DNA of 64,000 nucleotides, taken from an uncultured Gammaproteobacteria bacterium (lineage in GTDB: Bacteria > Patescibacteriota > Microgenomatia > Levybacterales > UBA12049). Positions within the stretch are counted from its first letter, which is position 1. Every line of letters begins with the position of its first letter. The notes under the pieces were generated by a model. It did no database searches, was not told the DNA's origin, and saw nothing but the letters and a program-made list of their open reading frames with translations. The stretch covers positions 22,706-86,705 of the forward strand of contig CAZAZU010000001.1 in assembly GCA_964490105.1 (NCBI GenBank), in the 5' to 3' direction. Shown here one piece after another: positions 9,407 through 19,862 of the stretch. The translations under genes were made by a program, and so were the position numbers.

Positions 9407-9515
9407 TCAAAAGTTAAAAATCAAAACTCAAAAGTACATGTAAAAATTCAAAATTTTTAAAACTTACTATTTTTGAATTGCAATTTTGCCTTTTGCCTTT
9501 TGACCTTTGAATTTG
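9407..9515. repeat. inverted heptamer-array element
   Basis: tcaaaag/ttaaaaa/tcaaaac/tcaaaag ... attttgc/cttttgc/cttttga/cctttga. Confidence 0.7.
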
Positions 9516-9537
9516 TTTCCAGTTATAATAATTTCCT

Positions 9538-10665
9538 ATGATATTAACTATTCTTGTCTTCTTACTAATGCTTTCAGTTTTGGTCCTAATTCATGAATTA
9601 GGTCATTATCTGGTTGCAAGAAAATTCGGAATAAAAGTTGAAGAATTCGGATTTGGATTTCCGCCTCGTGTTTGGGGTAAAAAAATAGGAGAGACTCTTT
9701 ATTCTGTAAACCTTCTTCCGATCGGAGGATTTGTAAAGTTGTACGGAGAGGATGAGGCTGGAGCGGGAAAAATAAGCAAAGGAAAGAAAGTTACAAAAGA
9801 TCTTGATCGTGCTTTTTTTGCAAAACCAATTTATCAAAGAATTTTAGTAGTGATCGCTGGGGTAACAATGAATTTTATTTTAGCTGTAATAATTGTTACT
9901 TATCTTTTTACGACTGATGGAATTCCGACACCTGGAACTACAGTGACTTTAACAGAAATTGCTAAGGGGTCTCCAGCTGAAACTGCAGGTCTTAAAAAAG
10001 GAGATATTGTCCAAAAGATCGGAAGTATAGAGATTAAAGATACTCAGACTTTAGTAACTCAAGCGAGAAAAAATTTAGGAGAAGAACTTACGATTACGGT
10101 TCTTCGCTCTAAGGGTCTAGGTAAGGAAAGAGTAGATACGATTGAGCAAATAAAAGTTACTCCTAGGAAAAATTTTCCAGCAGGGGAAGGGCCTATGGGA
10201 ATTGCAATTTCCCAAAGTGTAGATATTAGAAAATATCCGTTCCCACAAAGCATGGTAGAAGGTACAAAGCAGGCTGTAAAAGACTCATGGCAGGTGGTCA
10301 TAGGATTTAAGATGGTAGTAACAGAAATTATAACCCGGTTTACCGTTCCTCAGGGTGTAGCCGGACCGATCGGGATGGCACAGCTCACTGGAGAATTTGT
10401 AAGAGTGGGCCCAGCTGCTGTTCTAGCATTGGTCTATACATTGAGTTTGAGTCTTGCTGTACTAAACGTACTGCCAATTCCTGCACTTGATGGAGGGCGT
10501 TTGTTATTTATCCTGATAGAAGCAATAACTAGAAGAAAAGTGAATGCAAGATTCGAAGCCTATGCACATTTAGTAGGTTTGGTTTTGCTGCTCAGTTTCC
10601 TGGCATTAGTTTCATATAAGGACATCATAAGAATCGTCGCAGGTCAATCAATTTTACCTCAATAA
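9538..10665 (+). CDS. rseP: RseP-type site-2 (M50) intramembrane metalloprotease with PDZ domain
   Basis: HELGH, GFPPR, LPIGGFV, AGVTMN, NVLPIPALDGG. Confidence 0.92.
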   Translation: MILTILVFLLMLSVLVLIHELGHYLVARKFGIKVEEFGFGFPPRVWGKKIGETLYSVNLLPIGGFVKLYGEDEAGAGKISKGKKVTKDLDRAFFAKPIYQRILVVIAGVTMNFILAVIIVTYLFTTDGIPTPGTTVTLTEIAKGSPAETAGLKKGDIVQKIGSIEIKDTQTLVTQARKNLGEELTITVLRSKGLGKERVDTIEQIKVTPRKNFPAGEGPMGIAISQSVDIRKYPFPQSMVEGTKQAVKDSWQVVIGFKMVVTEIITRFTVPQGVAGPIGMAQLTGEFVRVGPAAVLALVYTLSLSLAVLNVLPIPALDGGRLLFILIEAITRRKVNARFEAYAHLVGLVLLLSFLALVSYKDIIRIVAGQSILPQ

Positions 10666-10674
10666 TTTAATTTT

Positions 10675-11070
10675 ATGGCAAGAATCCAGAAAACAGAAGA
10701 AGAGTGGAAGAGATCTCTTACGCCCAAGCAATACGAAATTCTAAGAGAAAAGGGGACAGAGCCGGCTTTTACAGGGGAATTTGTGGATAACCATGAGGAT
10801 GGAGTGTATTCGTGTGTAGCATGCGGAAATACTTTATTTGATTCGGGAACTAAGTTTGACTCAGGAAGCGGATGGCCAAGTTTTTATGATGTTGCGACAA
10901 AAGGCAACGTAGTTTTAGAAGATGATAATAGTCACGGGATGACACGAACTGAAGTGAAATGTGCGAATTGCGGGGGACATTTGGGACATGTATTTACTGA
11001 TGGACCGAGGGATAAAACAGGGCTTCGTTATTGTATTAACTCCTGTGCGCTAGATTTTAAGAAAGCTTAA
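10675..11070 (+). CDS. msrB: peptide methionine sulfoxide reductase B
   Basis: [38 protein letters not shown]. Confidence 0.97.
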   Translation: MARIQKTEEEWKRSLTPKQYEILREKGTEPAFTGEFVDNHEDGVYSCVACGNTLFDSGTKFDSGSGWPSFYDVATKGNVVLEDDNSHGMTRTEVKCANCGGHLGHVFTDGPRDKTGLRYCINSCALDFKKA

Positions 11071-12083
11071 GAAGCAGTTGGCATCTTTGGATGTGGAATT
11101 TCATCAAGTCTTCCAATTCTAAAACCTCTGTTTCTTAGTCCTTTTGCCCAAATTGGTAAAGCTTCTGCCTCAGCTCCACTTTCTACAGGGTGTAAGATTA
11201 TAATAGATCCATTTTTAACTTTGCTATACACTTTATTAACAATTTGAGTTACGCTTCTTCCTTCATATGACTGTGTATCTAAATTCCATCCTAAAACAGC
11301 CTTTTTAAGTCTTTTTGCAGCCTGCCTTATAGGCTCATAATAAATACCGTGTCCAGGTTCTGCTCCAGCTCCTTGAGGCGGTCCCATGAAATAGTTTTGT
11401 TCTTCTCTTAAGAATAAATTCTCCCATGCATGGTTAGCAGGAAGAGTGTCTCTCATTATTTCATCAGTTGATTTATTTCCGCTTCCTCCATCAAAAAATA
11501 CATCATGACTCATCGTGTGATTTCCCCATAGAACAAGTTTTCTTCCATCTTTACCTTTAAGTCTATCAGCTCTTCTCATGAGGTCAGGATATGCTACGAT
11601 AGCATCTCCAACTGGTAAAAGGGTTGCTGGGACGCTTGTTGCTTCCATGGCATCTAGTAAATCATGTCCCTGTTGTTCCCACCAGAAGTCATCAACTCTA
11701 ACATACACAACTTTTCTATTTTCAGGACCGCGGTCAACTTTAGTTCCTGGTCCAAAAGATGTTACTCCACGCGCTGCGTCTGCTGCAGCTGGGCCTACTG
11801 TAATTGGATCTATATGACTTCTTCTTAGCTCTCTGAGTCTTTCTCTAGCATCTCTAAGTCTAGAATCCGAAGTAGAAAGTGAAGGTTCTTGGTCTCTTGA
11901 TAAATCTCGAACTGCGGCAATTGCTGCTCCGCTAGGTATAACTAATCCAAGTCCAACAGCTGTTGTAACTGCTGCGGCTTCTTTCATAAAAAGTCTTCTT
12001 GAAGGATTTGCAACATGATTAGCAGGTGTTACTGCTTCAGCTGGTGTTGCTCCTGGTATATGTGCATCAATTGGTCTTGTCAT
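11067..12083 (-). CDS. divergent CE4 polysaccharide deacetylase with twin-arginine-like N-terminal motif
   Basis: SRRLFMK plus a hydrophobic stretch; RVDD, GNHTMSH, GPPQG, WNLDT, GSIIILH. Confidence 0.75.
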   Translation of the reverse strand: MTRPIDAHIPGATPAEAVTPANHVANPSRRLFMKEAAAVTTAVGLGLVIPSGAAIAAVRDLSRDQEPSLSTSDSRLRDARERLRELRRSHIDPITVGPAAADAARGVTSFGPGTKVDRGPENRKVVYVRVDDFWWEQQGHDLLDAMEATSVPATLLPVGDAIVAYPDLMRRADRLKGKDGRKLVLWGNHTMSHDVFFDGGSGNKSTDEIMRDTLPANHAWENLFLREEQNYFMGPPQGAGAEPGHGIYYEPIRQAAKRLKKAVLGWNLDTQSYEGRSVTQIVNKVYSKVKNGSIIILHPVESGAEAEALPIWAKGLRNRGFRIGRLDEIPHPKMPTAS

Positions 12084-12128
12084 AATTTGAGTGTGTATAA
12101 TATAATATTATAGGTCTCTTGTCAAGTG

Positions 12129-14267
12129 TTAGTTATCTTTAAATATTTCGTCCATTGTTACTGGTTTTAAGCCTGCAGCTAAAGCTTTTTCAATAAGTCC
12201 AGGTAGAGCAGCGATATCTGCTTTTTCATCATGAAGCACTATTATAGACCCATTTTGAATATCTCGACTTAATTTTCTTTCTACTTCGCGTCCTGTGTCA
12301 CCATTCCAAGCTTCAGAAACTGAAGTAAACATTCCAAAAGCAAGTCCCATGTCTTTAAGAACTTTCTGCATACCTTTATCTACTGAATACCATGGTGGTG
12401 CACCAACTCCTTCTGGCGGTCTAAAACTGTGCTGCACGTAGTTAGGATCTCTTAAAGCACGTCTTACTGAATTTAGCTGACTTGTTATTTGCTCTCTGAG
12501 ATCTTCTGCGGAGAACTTGTCTATTCCACTTGGATGATCTTTACTGTGATTTTGAATGGAATGACCCTTTTTATGAGCCCTGTAGTAGAATTCTGGATTT
12601 GCATCAACTGAATCTCCAGTAGGGAAGAGTGTAAGTTTTACGTTATACTTTTCTGCAATTTTCAAAATCTGTTCCATTTCTTCGATATCCCAGCCATCAT
12701 CTATGGTAAAGAATATTTCAGGCTTACTTCTATCTCCGTGTTCAATAACTTCCCCCGGTTTTAATTTAATTTCTGATTCGATAATACCTTGTGTAGCTTC
12801 GGGTGTTTGAGTAGGTTCAGTTGTAATAGACGGAGTTACAGTCGCCTCAGGTGTTGGTATTGGAGCTGTAGGCTCATCGCTTACGTAAAATCTTCCTCCG
12901 ATAAGTCCTGCTGCTGCTACATTAAAGAGATCATTTATAGGTTCCCATGTAGGTTTATCTAAGTTTCTAAATGTTTCAAGCATGTGTGCTCTGTAAGCCT
13001 CGTCACCTGAAACTAGGGAAGCCATAAATGCTGCAGTTGTAAATGCTGTATCGGAATATCTATCTTCGCTCTCGTCTAATGATCCATCCAATTTATAGCC
13101 ATCTTTAAGTTGACTCGAATCATACCCAGTTACATTTCCAGCGCCGTCTTTGATTGCAATTTTATCTTGGAAAAAAGCACTAACTAAATCTAAATGTGAA
13201 ATAGCGTCATCTCTAGACGTTGGATCTTCAGAATAAATAGCTGTATGGAGGTTATTTAATACGAAATAGGCGATATCATAGTTAATTACAGGCTTACTAG
13301 ATTCATTGTTTCTTGGTTTTCCGTCGATGTCAGTCCAGTTAGGTGCTGCTGCATATTCACCATTTCTAATTCTTTCATCTATTTTTCCTAAAAATTCTTT
13401 AGTGTCACTAGCCGTATTTATCCAATCTGGACTAACTCTAGCTGCGGTTTCCATGAGTACTACGCTTAAATATGCTGGATTTGTTAAGTCTTCAGAATCT
13501 GCCCAGTGGAAAGCTTGAGGGACATTTTTGCCGTTTCCGCTTTCGATCATCCCATTTGCAGCCATAATATCAAAAATTTCTTGTCCCTCCGCTTGTCTTG
13601 CAGTGTCAACATGAAGAGTTCTTGCAAGTGCCATATACATCATTACATTAGATACAACTGTAGGATCTGTCATATCGGCCCAGTTAACTTCGCCATCTTT
13701 TTTTCTCTTTTTACCTTCCCAGATTTTAGCTACATCTTTTTCATTTCCAACATCCGTTAAATGAACTTCCCAAGGAGTTAATCCATCAGGAAGATTACTT
13801 TCTCCAGTATTTGCGTACTTATATCTGTCATCAAACCTCATGAGTCTTTCAGCAGTTTCAAAGTCCCCAGAATAAATCGCTAAAAGTTCTCCAAAAGCTT
13901 GATATTCCAAGGCTGCTAGATCGCTATCTCTATCTTGGCCATATTGAACTCTTAGTGCGCCGTCACCAGCATCAATAAATCTTTCAGCTTTAATTATTTG
14001 ATATATGGCGTCAAATTCTTGGCTCATCGCACCTTGGATTTCAGGTGTGATATTTAATCTTGCAAGATTTTCCGTAATGTTTTCAGGAGTTAGTGAGTTA
14101 GAAGTATTAAGCTCTCCACTAGAAGGTCTAGGATTTCCAGTTTTTGAAATAGCTACTGGTGCATCAATTGTGTTTGCTCCAATAAAAGACACAGCAAGTA
14201 AAGCAGATCCCGCAACTTTTAGTGCGGTTCCTGGTTTTTGAATTCTGGGTTGAATGCGTTCGCTCAT
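12129..14267 (-). CDS. GH8-like domain + Pro/Thr linker + CE4 polysaccharide deacetylase
   Basis: N-terminal hydrophobic segment; GH8-like LEYQAFGELLA, GLTPW, NPAYL, APNW, NYDI, GYKLDG; PTAPIPTPEATVTP linker; FTIDDG, QNHSKDH, FRPPEG, GSIIVLHD. Confidence 0.7.
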   Translation of the reverse strand: MSERIQPRIQKPGTALKVAGSALLAVSFIGANTIDAPVAISKTGNPRPSSGELNTSNSLTPENITENLARLNITPEIQGAMSQEFDAIYQIIKAERFIDAGDGALRVQYGQDRDSDLAALEYQAFGELLAIYSGDFETAERLMRFDDRYKYANTGESNLPDGLTPWEVHLTDVGNEKDVAKIWEGKKRKKDGEVNWADMTDPTVVSNVMMYMALARTLHVDTARQAEGQEIFDIMAANGMIESGNGKNVPQAFHWADSEDLTNPAYLSVVLMETAARVSPDWINTASDTKEFLGKIDERIRNGEYAAAPNWTDIDGKPRNNESSKPVINYDIAYFVLNNLHTAIYSEDPTSRDDAISHLDLVSAFFQDKIAIKDGAGNVTGYDSSQLKDGYKLDGSLDESEDRYSDTAFTTAAFMASLVSGDEAYRAHMLETFRNLDKPTWEPINDLFNVAAAGLIGGRFYVSDEPTAPIPTPEATVTPSITTEPTQTPEATQGIIESEIKLKPGEVIEHGDRSKPEIFFTIDDGWDIEEMEQILKIAEKYNVKLTLFPTGDSVDANPEFYYRAHKKGHSIQNHSKDHPSGIDKFSAEDLREQITSQLNSVRRALRDPNYVQHSFRPPEGVGAPPWYSVDKGMQKVLKDMGLAFGMFTSVSEAWNGDTGREVERKLSRDIQNGSIIVLHDEKADIAALPGLIEKALAAGLKPVTMDEIFKDN

Positions 14268-14365
14268 GTAAGCGCGGACTATATCATATTATAGGGTATT
14301 TTGCAATCTTATAGTAAAATATTGATCATAAACAAAAATATAGAATTTCCTGATATACTTACGGC

Positions 14366-15115
14366 GTGGATAGATCGTCACTATTAGGCCTAAATCATTT
14401 TAAAAATAAAGATAATATTTTAGTAGTTGAAGCACCAACAGCACAGTCTGCAAACGAGACCATTTCGGAAATTTTGGAGAAGTATTGTGATTTAAAAACC
14501 GCGCTTTTTCTTTCAGGAGGAAATACCCCTAAAAAACTTTATGAGTTAATTGCTTTACAGAAAAAATTAAAAGTAGGAGCAGTGGGACAGGTTGATGAAA
14601 GGTTTGGAGAAAAGAATCACAAGAAAAGTAATGAGCTAATGATAAAAGAGACTGGAATTTTGGATTTTTTTGAGAGCTCAAATCTGAGATTTTACCCGAT
14701 TTTACAAAGTGATGAAAGCTTGGAGAATACAGCTTTAGAGTATGATGAAGCACTTAGATTTATCCTCAAATATTTTCCAAAGAGTGTAGGTATTATGGGA
14801 TTAGGACAGGATGGGCATACCGCAGGAATTCCGGCAATTACGGAGATTTCTAAAAAGATGATAGAGGATGGAAGCGCACTAGTTTCTTTTTATGAAGCCG
14901 AAAAATATGGGCCAAGAATTACTATGAATTTTCATGCAATTAGTGTATTAGATTTGATTATCGTTTTAGTTCTTGGTCAGGAAAAAAGAGAGATTTTAAA
15001 TCAAATGTTTAAATTTAATGGAGATCAGGAAGAGATAGAGAAGTTCCCAGCGAAATTTTATTTAAAACCCGAAATAGCCTCCAAAACCATCATCATTACA
15101 GATCAGATAGTTTAA
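14366..15115 (+). CDS. pgl: 6-phosphogluconolactonase-family protein
   Basis: LSGGNTP, VDERF, GLGQDGHTAGI, PRITM; near zwf; GTG start 6 nt after TATACT. Confidence 0.8.
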   Translation: MDRSSLLGLNHFKNKDNILVVEAPTAQSANETISEILEKYCDLKTALFLSGGNTPKKLYELIALQKKLKVGAVGQVDERFGEKNHKKSNELMIKETGILDFFESSNLRFYPILQSDESLENTALEYDEALRFILKYFPKSVGIMGLGQDGHTAGIPAITEISKKMIEDGSALVSFYEAEKYGPRITMNFHAISVLDLIIVLVLGQEKREILNQMFKFNGDQEEIEKFPAKFYLKPEIASKTIIITDQIV

Positions 15116-15118
15116 AAA

Positions 15119-15919
15119 TTATTCGTATATGTCTTCAGGAGAATTATTTATTCTGGCATGGATATCTGCTCTATCTGGGAAAATTGAATCCAAGGCTTCT
15201 CCGAGATCTCTAATTGGAGTTCGACCAAGATTTACTATTGTGCCCTTTCTTAGATCTTGAACTGTAATTTTTGCAGGACGAGCTGGAGTGCCGTCTTCTG
15301 ATTCCTCTACAGCAGGAGAGGCGATTATTAATCTTGCAGTTTCTTTATCGTCCAACTCCCAAATAGTTACATAATTTTCATCTGGTTTTACCTCAATTGC
15401 CCACCTGTCATTATGGGCTCCAGTCATTCCGCGAAGCTCAGCTCTTGCTATTTCCGCAGCTACTCTTACTACTTTCTCTGTTACTTCTTTCTGGAGTGAA
15501 TACTCATCGACTAACTGCGCAAGTTTACTTACGTCTTCATTCTCATCCCAGCCTCTTTCTCCAGTTCTTGGGTGTAGATGGATGCCCCCGACTCTGGTGC
15601 CAAACATCTGGAGAACGTCAGCGCGAATTGATTCAAAGGCAGGTAAACCATCATCTAAATCTGGATTAAGAACAGCAGTAATACTGGTATCTGAACCGAA
15701 ATTGAGAAGATTTTTTTCTACCTGTAAAGTCCAATATGTTCCAGGTGCAGTGGATAATCTTAAGGATGAGTCTGGTCTTCCTGTGAAGTGGGTTGACTCG
15801 GCTTGTACATAATTCATAACTCTATTAAGTGTTGCTATATTTGTTTCGCGATCAGTAATTTGCTCTGGAATGACGTCTTTTGGTGTAGTTCCTCCTCCGG
15901 GAGTAATATCGGGTGGCAT
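15119..15919 (-). CDS. hypothetical orphan protein
   Basis: 266-aa ORF with own promoter TTGACA-17-TATATT-10-ATG; Pro/Gly-rich N-terminus. Confidence 0.7.
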   Translation of the reverse strand: MPPDITPGGGTTPKDVIPEQITDRETNIATLNRVMNYVQAESTHFTGRPDSSLRLSTAPGTYWTLQVEKNLLNFGSDTSITAVLNPDLDDGLPAFESIRADVLQMFGTRVGGIHLHPRTGERGWDENEDVSKLAQLVDEYSLQKEVTEKVVRVAAEIARAELRGMTGAHNDRWAIEVKPDENYVTIWELDDKETARLIIASPAVEESEDGTPARPAKITVQDLRKGTIVNLGRTPIRDLGEALDSIFPDRADIHARINNSPEDIYE

Positions 15920-15954
15920 AATAGGGGGTAATATACGCTTAAATGCTTATTCTG

Positions 15955-16353
15955 TCAAGGCAGGTTAGGGGGTGGGGGTGGCGTAAGTAGTTTTCTAGCT
16001 TCATCGAGCGCTGTTTGAGTTGATGTGCCAGGATTTTTAAAATCACCAGGATAAACTACCTCAAAAGACGGGTCACTAAACGTTTTTCCACTATAGAATG
16101 TTCTTATTATATAAGGTTTACCTTCCGCTGAAATACCAGGGTAAGTAACCCTAGTAAGATCAGGTCCTTGTCTACCATCAAATTCGAACCCATCTCTTCC
16201 TACGAATAATTTTTCCCTTTCTTCAGGAACAATTCCAGAGCGATTTGCAATTAAGCCATTGATTTCTGATACTGCGGCCCTTCTTGCAGCACCATCTAAT
16301 CGCGATTCTTTAGGAGCTGATCCTGTTCTTTCTGCTAATGTTGGTCCTGCCAT
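15955..16353 (-). CDS. hypothetical orphan protein with poly-Pro tail
   Basis: 132-aa ORF with own promoter TTGACA-17-TATATT-9-ATG. Confidence 0.7.
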   Translation of the reverse strand: MAGPTLAERTGSAPKESRLDGAARRAAVSEINGLIANRSGIVPEEREKLFVGRDGFEFDGRQGPDLTRVTYPGISAEGKPYIIRTFYSGKTFSDPSFEVVYPGDFKNPGTSTQTALDEARKLLTPPPPPNLP

Positions 16354-16408
16354 AATTGCGCAAATATACTCTTTGAAGTTTAGGCTGTCAAGAGTATATA
16401 ATCTATGA

Positions 16409-17848
16409 ATGGATAGTCCTGAAATATTTCAAGAACTTAAAAGCCCGTTTGTTCTGGTAATTTTTGGAGCCACAGGAGATCTCACTCATCATAAATTAAT
16501 CCCCGGACTTCTATCACTTTTTAATAAAAAAATGCTTCCGTCCGAATTTTTTATTGTTGGTTTTTCGAGGCGTGCATATTCTGACGAAGAATTTCGTACT
16601 TCGTTTGACGATCTAACTAAACAAGAAGGTTGGGATGAATTTTCAAAACACCTGCATTATGAAAAAGGAACTTTTGAAAATAAATCAGGATATGAAAATT
16701 TGATTACTCATTTGAACAAGTTGGATGCTAAAGTTGGCGCATGTATCACGCGTTTCTTCTATTTAGCTACTCCGCCACAGCATTATTCAGATATTTTAGA
16801 TAAATTGGTGAGCACGAAGCTTTCTGAAGGATGCGGACAGGGTAGTAATAAATGGACTAGGGTAGTAATTGAAAAACCTTTTGGAAAAGATTTGGAGACT
16901 GCAAAAATGCTTGAAGAAAAGCTTTCAAAAATATTTGATGAAAAACAGATTTTTAGAGTAGATCATTATCTCGGAAAAGAAACTGTTCAGAACATGCTGG
17001 CATTTAGATTCGCTAACAGTATCTTTGAGCCTGTTTGGAATAATAAAAATATAGATCATGTTCAGATAACTTGGGCTCAAAAAGAAGGCATTGAGAATAG
17101 AGGGAATTTTTTTGATGGCGTAGGAATGCTTAGGGATATAGTACAAAATCATATCATGCAGCTTATTTCCTCCGTTGCTATGGAGCAGCCACGTAGTTTT
17201 ACAAAAGAAGATGTAAGGAATGAAAGAGCTAAAGTAACTAGCGCTGTAACTTTAGCAGACAAAAATGTGATTAGAGGCCAATATGAAGGATATTTAGACG
17301 AAGAAGAGGTGGAAAAAGGTTCTCAGACAGAGACATATGTAGCGATGAAATTAGCAGTAAATACTCCGAGATTTGCGGGAGTGCCGTTTTATATTCGGGC
17401 TGGAAAGAAAATGGAAAAAGAGGTAATCACTATATCGGTAGTTTTTATTCAAACCTGCCATTTATTGTTTAAAGAATATGGATGTCCAGAGATAGGAAAT
17501 GTTTTGACCTTTAGAATTCAGCCTGACGAAGGAATTACTCTTCGGCTGATCGCAAAAAAACCTGGTGCGAAGCTAAAATTAGGGAGCGTAAATATGAAGT
17601 TTAATTATAAAGATGATTTTGGTACTGCAGGGCTGGATGCATATGAGAAGATTCTTTTGGATATTTTCGCAGGTGACCAGATTTTGTTTACACGAAGTGA
17701 TGAGGTTCAGAATTCATGGAAACTACTTGATAATATATTAAAAAACTGGAAGAATGAAAGCAATATTTCTAAATATCCGGTTGATGGATGGGGACCTAAA
17801 GAAGCAACAGATTTAATAGAAAAGGATGGGAAAAAATGGATAGTATAA
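16409..17848 (+). CDS. zwf: glucose-6-phosphate 1-dehydrogenase
   Basis: IFGATGDL, IEKPFG, RVDHYLGKE, RDIVQNH, GVPFYIRAGK. Confidence 0.97.
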   Translation: MDSPEIFQELKSPFVLVIFGATGDLTHHKLIPGLLSLFNKKMLPSEFFIVGFSRRAYSDEEFRTSFDDLTKQEGWDEFSKHLHYEKGTFENKSGYENLITHLNKLDAKVGACITRFFYLATPPQHYSDILDKLVSTKLSEGCGQGSNKWTRVVIEKPFGKDLETAKMLEEKLSKIFDEKQIFRVDHYLGKETVQNMLAFRFANSIFEPVWNNKNIDHVQITWAQKEGIENRGNFFDGVGMLRDIVQNHIMQLISSVAMEQPRSFTKEDVRNERAKVTSAVTLADKNVIRGQYEGYLDEEEVEKGSQTETYVAMKLAVNTPRFAGVPFYIRAGKKMEKEVITISVVFIQTCHLLFKEYGCPEIGNVLTFRIQPDEGITLRLIAKKPGAKLKLGSVNMKFNYKDDFGTAGLDAYEKILLDIFAGDQILFTRSDEVQNSWKLLDNILKNWKNESNISKYPVDGWGPKEATDLIEKDGKKWIV

Positions 17849-18165
17849 CTTTTGAAGAATTTAAAAAAGTAGAAATAAGAATGGGGAAAATAATTTCCTG
17901 CGAAAAAGTAGCGGATGCAGATAAATTGTTAAAGCTCCAAGTAGATTTCGGAGAATTTCAACGCCAAATTGTTTCAGGAATTGCCTTGAGTTATACGCCA
18001 GAAGAGATGGTGGGAAAAACCTTGCCATTTATAGTCAACTTAGAATTTAGAAAATTTAAAGGTGAAGAATCTCAGGGTATGCTTATGGCGACAGGAACAG
18101 GGAGTGAGAATATTGTTTTACTTGAGCCAAATAAAGATATTGAACCCGGCGCTGAGGTAGTTTAA
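17836..18165 (+). CDS. tRNA-binding OB-fold protein (MetRS C-terminal/Trbp111/CsaA-like)
   Basis: ITFEEFKKVEIR, ADKLLKLQVD, RQIVSGI, ESQGML. Confidence 0.9.
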   Translation: MDSITFEEFKKVEIRMGKIISCEKVADADKLLKLQVDFGEFQRQIVSGIALSYTPEEMVGKTLPFIVNLEFRKFKGEESQGMLMATGTGSENIVLLEPNKDIEPGAEVV

Positions 18166-18923
18166 ATCTCAAATTCTGACAGATCATTTGCTCCATAACT
18201 CTCACCAAATATTGCCTTAGCTTTTTCCACTGCCCCTTTTCGACTTTCCAAAGTCGTATAAATATGAGCGCCGAAATGGGTAAGTATAAGTTTTTTTACA
18301 TTTGCTTCTTTTGCCAAAGTTGCTGCTTGAGAGGCATCAAAATGTCCCCATTCTGTTTCTGTATTATCTTTAGCTGCGCATTCACAAATGAATATATCTG
18401 AATCCTTTGCAAGTTTTCTTGCCGCATCTGTAAGTCCGCAGTCACCAGTATAAGAAATAATTTTTCCTTCTAATTCAAATCTATAGCCGTGATCTCTATA
18501 TGCGTGGTGTTGTTCTATGGCATGAGCTTTAAAAGGTATGTTTTCTCCCTCTTCAGATAATTCATGAAGCCTAATTTCAGTTTTAAGGTTATAAATATTA
18601 TCTGGTCTAGGTTTGAAGCCTATCGTAAATGGAGGATTAACTAAAGTTTCAAAATCTTTGGATCTGTTAGTGCCTACATAAACATCAATTCCTTGTTTGA
18701 AGTCAAATTTATTTAGAATGTGAAGACCTGAGGTATGATCTAGGTGAAAATGAGTTATGAACATGGAGATTGGCTTGTCTTCTTTTATAAACTGATCTAA
18801 TTTATAAATTCCGTTTCCAGCGTCGAGAACTAAATAATGATCTTTGGTATCAATTAGGATTGAAGGTGTGTCGCCGGTTGGAGAGGAGTACCATCCGTTA
18901 GTCCCTAGGAATGTGATTTTCAT
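18162..18923 (-). CDS. MBL-fold hydrolase, RNase Z-like
   Basis: FLGTNG, LDAGNG, THFHLDH, YTGDC, LILTH. Confidence 0.88.
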   Translation of the reverse strand: MKITFLGTNGWYSSPTGDTPSILIDTKDHYLVLDAGNGIYKLDQFIKEDKPISMFITHFHLDHTSGLHILNKFDFKQGIDVYVGTNRSKDFETLVNPPFTIGFKPRPDNIYNLKTEIRLHELSEEGENIPFKAHAIEQHHAYRDHGYRFELEGKIISYTGDCGLTDAARKLAKDSDIFICECAAKDNTETEWGHFDASQAATLAKEANVKKLILTHFGAHIYTTLESRKGAVEKAKAIFGESYGANDLSEFEI

Positions 18924-18940
18924 AGTTTGATTTTAACAAA

Positions 18941-19804
18941 TTATAAAGCAATTAATATAGTGCCTATCACCATAACAAATGCTCCTAAAAATCTCTCTTG
19001 AATATGGTGTTCTTTAAATAAAACAGCTCCTAAAATAATTGAAAAAAGTGCTGAAAGCTTAAAAACTGCAGTGACATATGCAACATTGTTTAAGCTAAAA
19101 GCGGTAAGCGCTGCAAATTGTCCGATCGTTGCTAAGAATCCAAATATTAATAAAAATTTTAGATTTGTTCTGGTATATTTTTTAACATTTTTCATCTTAA
19201 AGAAGAAAGGCGAGAGGAATACAATTATAAATACAGCCTCTATAAGTGGTACTGAGAGTGGGGTGGTAGGCGTAGTCTCAAAAATTGCCTTTTTTTGAAG
19301 GATTGGGGTCATTCCCCAAATAAGATTTGAAATAAGAAATAATTTAACTCCTTTATCCGATAAAAGCTTGGAGATAGGTTTGAATACCCCAGCTCTTATT
19401 TGATCAACGTTAAGTAAGTATGCGCCAATTATAATTAATAGAATTCCAATTAGCTTAACTGGCGTGGGATTTTCGTGTAAAAAAATTGTGGCAAAGATTA
19501 AGACAAATGCTGGGTTAAATGAAGATATTGGTGCTAGGAGTGAGATTTCTGACATTGACAGAGCTTTGTAATATATGACCGCTGCAATCGTATCTAAGAT
19601 TGAAACGATGAAAATAAATTTCCAGAACTGTGGAGTAAACGCAGGGACACCGAGGTAAAGTAGAAGACCGATTGAAAATGGAAGTACGAAAGATAGAGAA
19701 ATTACAGTAAAAGCCATGGGAGAGATGTCCTTCATCATTTTTTTGATGAGGATCATGCTGATCGAGGTCCACAACGCAAAAAGGAGCGAATAAGAAATCC
19801 ACAT
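18941..19804 (-). CDS. EamA/DMT family transporter
   Basis: about 10 hydrophobic helices in two repeats, IFLHENP and LFKEH motifs. Confidence 0.88.
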   Translation of the reverse strand: MWISYSLLFALWTSISMILIKKMMKDISPMAFTVISLSFVLPFSIGLLLYLGVPAFTPQFWKFIFIVSILDTIAAVIYYKALSMSEISLLAPISSFNPAFVLIFATIFLHENPTPVKLIGILLIIIGAYLLNVDQIRAGVFKPISKLLSDKGVKLFLISNLIWGMTPILQKKAIFETTPTTPLSVPLIEAVFIIVFLSPFFFKMKNVKKYTRTNLKFLLIFGFLATIGQFAALTAFSLNNVAYVTAVFKLSALFSIILGAVLFKEHHIQERFLGAFVMVIGTILIAL

Positions 19805-19862
19805 CCCACTAATATATCAGTTCTCGTTGACAAATTAGAAGAGCGAACATAGACTATTAGTA

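Noticed and set aside
9269-9460. 63-aa ORF overlapping the end of frr
   Set aside because: Out-of-frame shadow ORF whose tail is only the translation of the heptamer array.
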